A stretch of 64,000 nt of DNA, from the NCBI GenBank assembly GCA_047495785.1, contig JBLDXI010000021.1:1860001-1924000 (forward strand). The letters are read 5' to 3'. Origin of the DNA: Lepidodermella squamata (taxonomy: Eukaryota; Animalia; Gastrotricha). Of the stretch, positions 61,165 through 64,000 are shown one piece after another. Both the position numbers and the translations under genes were made by a program. A model generated the notes under the pieces. The model searched no databases. It was not told the DNA's origin and saw nothing but the letters and a program-made list of their open reading frames with translations. How positions within the stretch are numbered: position 1 is the first letter of the stretch; the number at the start of each line of letters is the position of its first letter.

Positions 61165-63336
61165 TCAAAAATAGGCTGGTTTGACAGATTCGTTAGCGTG
61201 CAATGGGGCCATTTTTCTTGCAATTAAAGGATATGATTGAAGCTGCCCCTGGTTAGATTTTCCCAAGGCTGGCTCGCTTATATTTCGAGGCATTTTGGGA
61301 TCTATTGGCTCGCTCGGCGCGTTTCGTTTCTTGGCTGGAGATGAGGCGCTATCGTTCCGCCATCTTGATAGGCAGGGTAGCATGGTACCTTCAGGTATAA
61401 CAGTTTTCCGGTAGAGACGACCTTATTTATAACGAAATACGCAGAATTAAGGATGCGAAATTACTGGTACAATTGAACTTACCCGTAGCCAGGCTAACGA
61501 CGGAGGCAACCACCATACCAATTACTAGCTCAATAAGCGAAAAATAAAATGGCGTAATAGAGAAGAAGTTCTGTAAGGCATTGCCGCTCATAACTTCTGT
61601 CGAGTTTACAGCAGCGATAACTGCAATTTGGTGGGTTGAATTTGTAGCTGAGCAGTTTTCGGTAGACAGGGGAATAACGGTCGACATTGCTTGGCTTCCA
61701 AGTCCCAACAACTGTCCCAGTGAAAGCGTTCCCGTAAAAACAACGCCACATGCTATACCCGTGATTACTCCAATGGTGTTGGTCCAAGGCATGAAAATTC
61801 CGCAGAAAAACGGAATGTATGTCGCACATTCGAAGATAGTAGTTGTGGAAAAGAGCAAGCGGATGGCTGACCCTGGAACGAATTTGAAAAGGATAGCAAA
61901 AACAAGAACAAGTATCCCGGTGATAGCTGATATTCCTTTATGCATCAATGCCGACTGTGCGATAGTTAGCCGTTTACCAAAACTGGATTCTTTCAGAAAA
62001 TCATCCCAAATCAACGCCGCAACGCTGGAGGAAAGTCATTTTCACCTAAATGATAGTGTTAGCGAGAGACCTATTCTACCTGTTATAGCCAGTGGACATG
62101 GTCGAAAGAGATCCGCTGAACAAAGATGCGAACCAGAGGCCAGTAAGTCCTGGAAAGTTAGGTGCTATTACCTCGGTAATGTAATACGTCGTGAGCTTGT
62201 TGGTGTTATCGACCAGTTTTCCGCCGATCGGGTCGCAGCCAGCTAGCGAGTAATGAGCAATCATTGCTATTGCCAGCAGGAACAAAACTACGACCAGAAA
62301 TAAAATCTGTGGGAAAATGGTCAAAACCGACCAAACGGCCAGTTTCGAAGTAGGCAATCCAGAATATCGCTGGACGGATCCTTGCGAAGTACCGTATAAG
62401 CCCATATTTGATAGTACTGTAGGGATCAGCAGAGCATAAAACGAGTAAGAATATCTTGGGTCAATATTCCAGTTGAAGAAGTTCAGCCGGCCTTTTTCTG
62501 ATGCAATGGAAAGAGCAGTCGACAATCCTCCGTCAATTTTCGCATACCCAATTATAATCGCAAATATCACACCACAAAACATAGTAACAGCCTATCGAGG
62601 TATGGCACAAGGAAGCTTTGCCAATTACCACATTTGATCGCAAAAATTAACCTGAATCATATCCACTAAAACAATAGCTTTCATGCCGCCCAGCACGCTG
62701 TAAAACATGGTAATTGTGCTGACAGATATCACCGAAGACCACATGGGTATCGGCGAGACAGCTTCCAGAGCAACGCAAGGCATCATGGTTACGGCCGCCA
62801 GATAGAAAATGGTGCAAATTATCCCATTGATAGTTCCGATTTTACGCAGAAGTTTGGATCCATAGCGAACCTCGATGTAAGCATATGTGCTGAGCAGCCC
62901 CAGTCGATAAATTATGGGCACTATGGTGAGAGCAGCAGCAATGGCTCCCAGGCCTATACCCACACTGCAATTGAAATTTTGAAATCTATCACTTGAAAAA
63001 AGCAGAAGAATCACCAATATAGAAAAAACTCTGCCCCATATTCATAAAATTCCGCGGGCATTCCAACCAAAGCAACTGCAGAAATAAAACTCGCAAACAG
63101 CGACGCTGAACAGTTTTCAAGTTAACAGAATAGTTTTTGCATTCACTCTATAAACTACCTGTGGTAGGCCAGAAGTGTAGGTGACGACCTCCAAGAAAGT
63201 ATTTTTCAGCTGTGTCCTCTTGAACGACGGCTTTTTTCCGCCCATCCTGAAAGTAGTAGTAACCCCCTACTACTGCTGTCGATGCCAAAGCTACGCCGAA
63301 AACCACGTAGTCAGCTACATGCAGCAGGTTATTCAT
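61165..63336 (-). CDS. Sodium:solute symporter (SLC5A6/A8/A12 group), multi-exon
   Basis: ADYVVF, YFLGGR, SLFASFISAVALVGMPAEFY, YAYIEVRY, YSVLGGMKA..VDMIQ, GRLNFF, YGTSQGSVQRY, GCDP, PGLTGLWFASLFSGSLSTMSTG, GIFMPW. Confidence 0.92.
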
Positions 63337-64000
63337 TGTATTCAATCGCGCAAAAATAGTGAACTAGCTTGAATGTTCCATCTCTCTAATTAACACTGGG
63401 TTATCACGGCTCGCGCCATTACTAGCATTGGTAAGCTTTCAACCATGAGCGCAAAACTTTTTTATTCAGTTTACATCATAATTTGAGCAATTAGCTGTTA
63501 CAGAATTAATGAAACTTCTCTTACCTGCCTGGAGTATAAATGCCGCATGCATGTAATCCGTAGACGAGTATATCAGTTAGTGAGCTGTGTACCCGTGTTT
63601 CTCAATTAAGGCTTGCAGGTTCTTGGCTGCAACTGAGTTATTTCTGATTTAAGGCCTTGCTGCTTCTGCTACCGCGGTCGATCTGTTAGGTGTATACTCT
63701 TGTAATCAGTGTAATTGTAATTGATTTCAAGTCATTCAATTTGTGCCAAATTTCCATTAATTGAGAAATTTTATCTCAACCTCAACTCGCGTGAAAATAT
63801 TCTCAGAATTAGCGCATCATTTCCTCGTATATCAGCGCGAACTTAAACTTATAGCGTGTTCCACACGTAAAAATCAGGAATGGCCCAATTCATCAATCCC
63901 ACAAGTTAAGTTTGTGATTCTTTCAGCTTAAATTCTTAAGCGACATTTGCAGTTTTCAGGCGGATTACCCCCGATCGGCGATGAATACCGTTTCAGAATC

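Noticed and set aside
1-64000. Non-canonical splice sites or an alternative genetic code
   Set aside because: All introns I traced are GT-AG and conserved proteins translate with the standard code.

Overview
This is eukaryotic DNA from a compact invertebrate animal genome, probably a protostome given the NR1J/HR96 receptor and the beta-type octopamine receptor; the species cannot be named from the sequence. It is gene-dense, with canonical GT-AG introns of mostly about 45-60 nt, so the ORF track fragments most genes. Reassembling exons gives: an Ig-domain type I membrane protein with micro-exons, TMEM218, BUB3, an ARL10-like GTPase, BBS5, FAM184, a secreted Gly/Cys-rich peptide precursor, SLU7, SLC35F5, PCED1, HR96, WDR6, an octopamine receptor, a divergent phosphagen kinase followed by a pseudogene, a claudin-like protein and an SLC5 transporter. 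Mobile DNA includes a very young 5'-truncated Penelope-like element (212-bp inverted pLTRs, each with a minimal hammerhead ribozyme, and a 13-bp TSD), a decayed RLE-type LINE and several MITEs. The most notable signals are: (i) co-oriented gene clusters about 120-450 bp apart, each gene with an apparently unpaired splice acceptor just before its ATG, suggesting operons resolved by SL trans-splicing; (ii) the ribozyme-bearing element with both pLTRs pointing outward, sitting between two of these clusters; (iii) a phosphagen kinase with a rewritten guanidino-specificity loop; (iv) a possible splice switch removing HR96 AF-2; and (v) micro-exons whose co-inclusion would create a stop codon. All family assignments come from recalled motifs; no searches were run.
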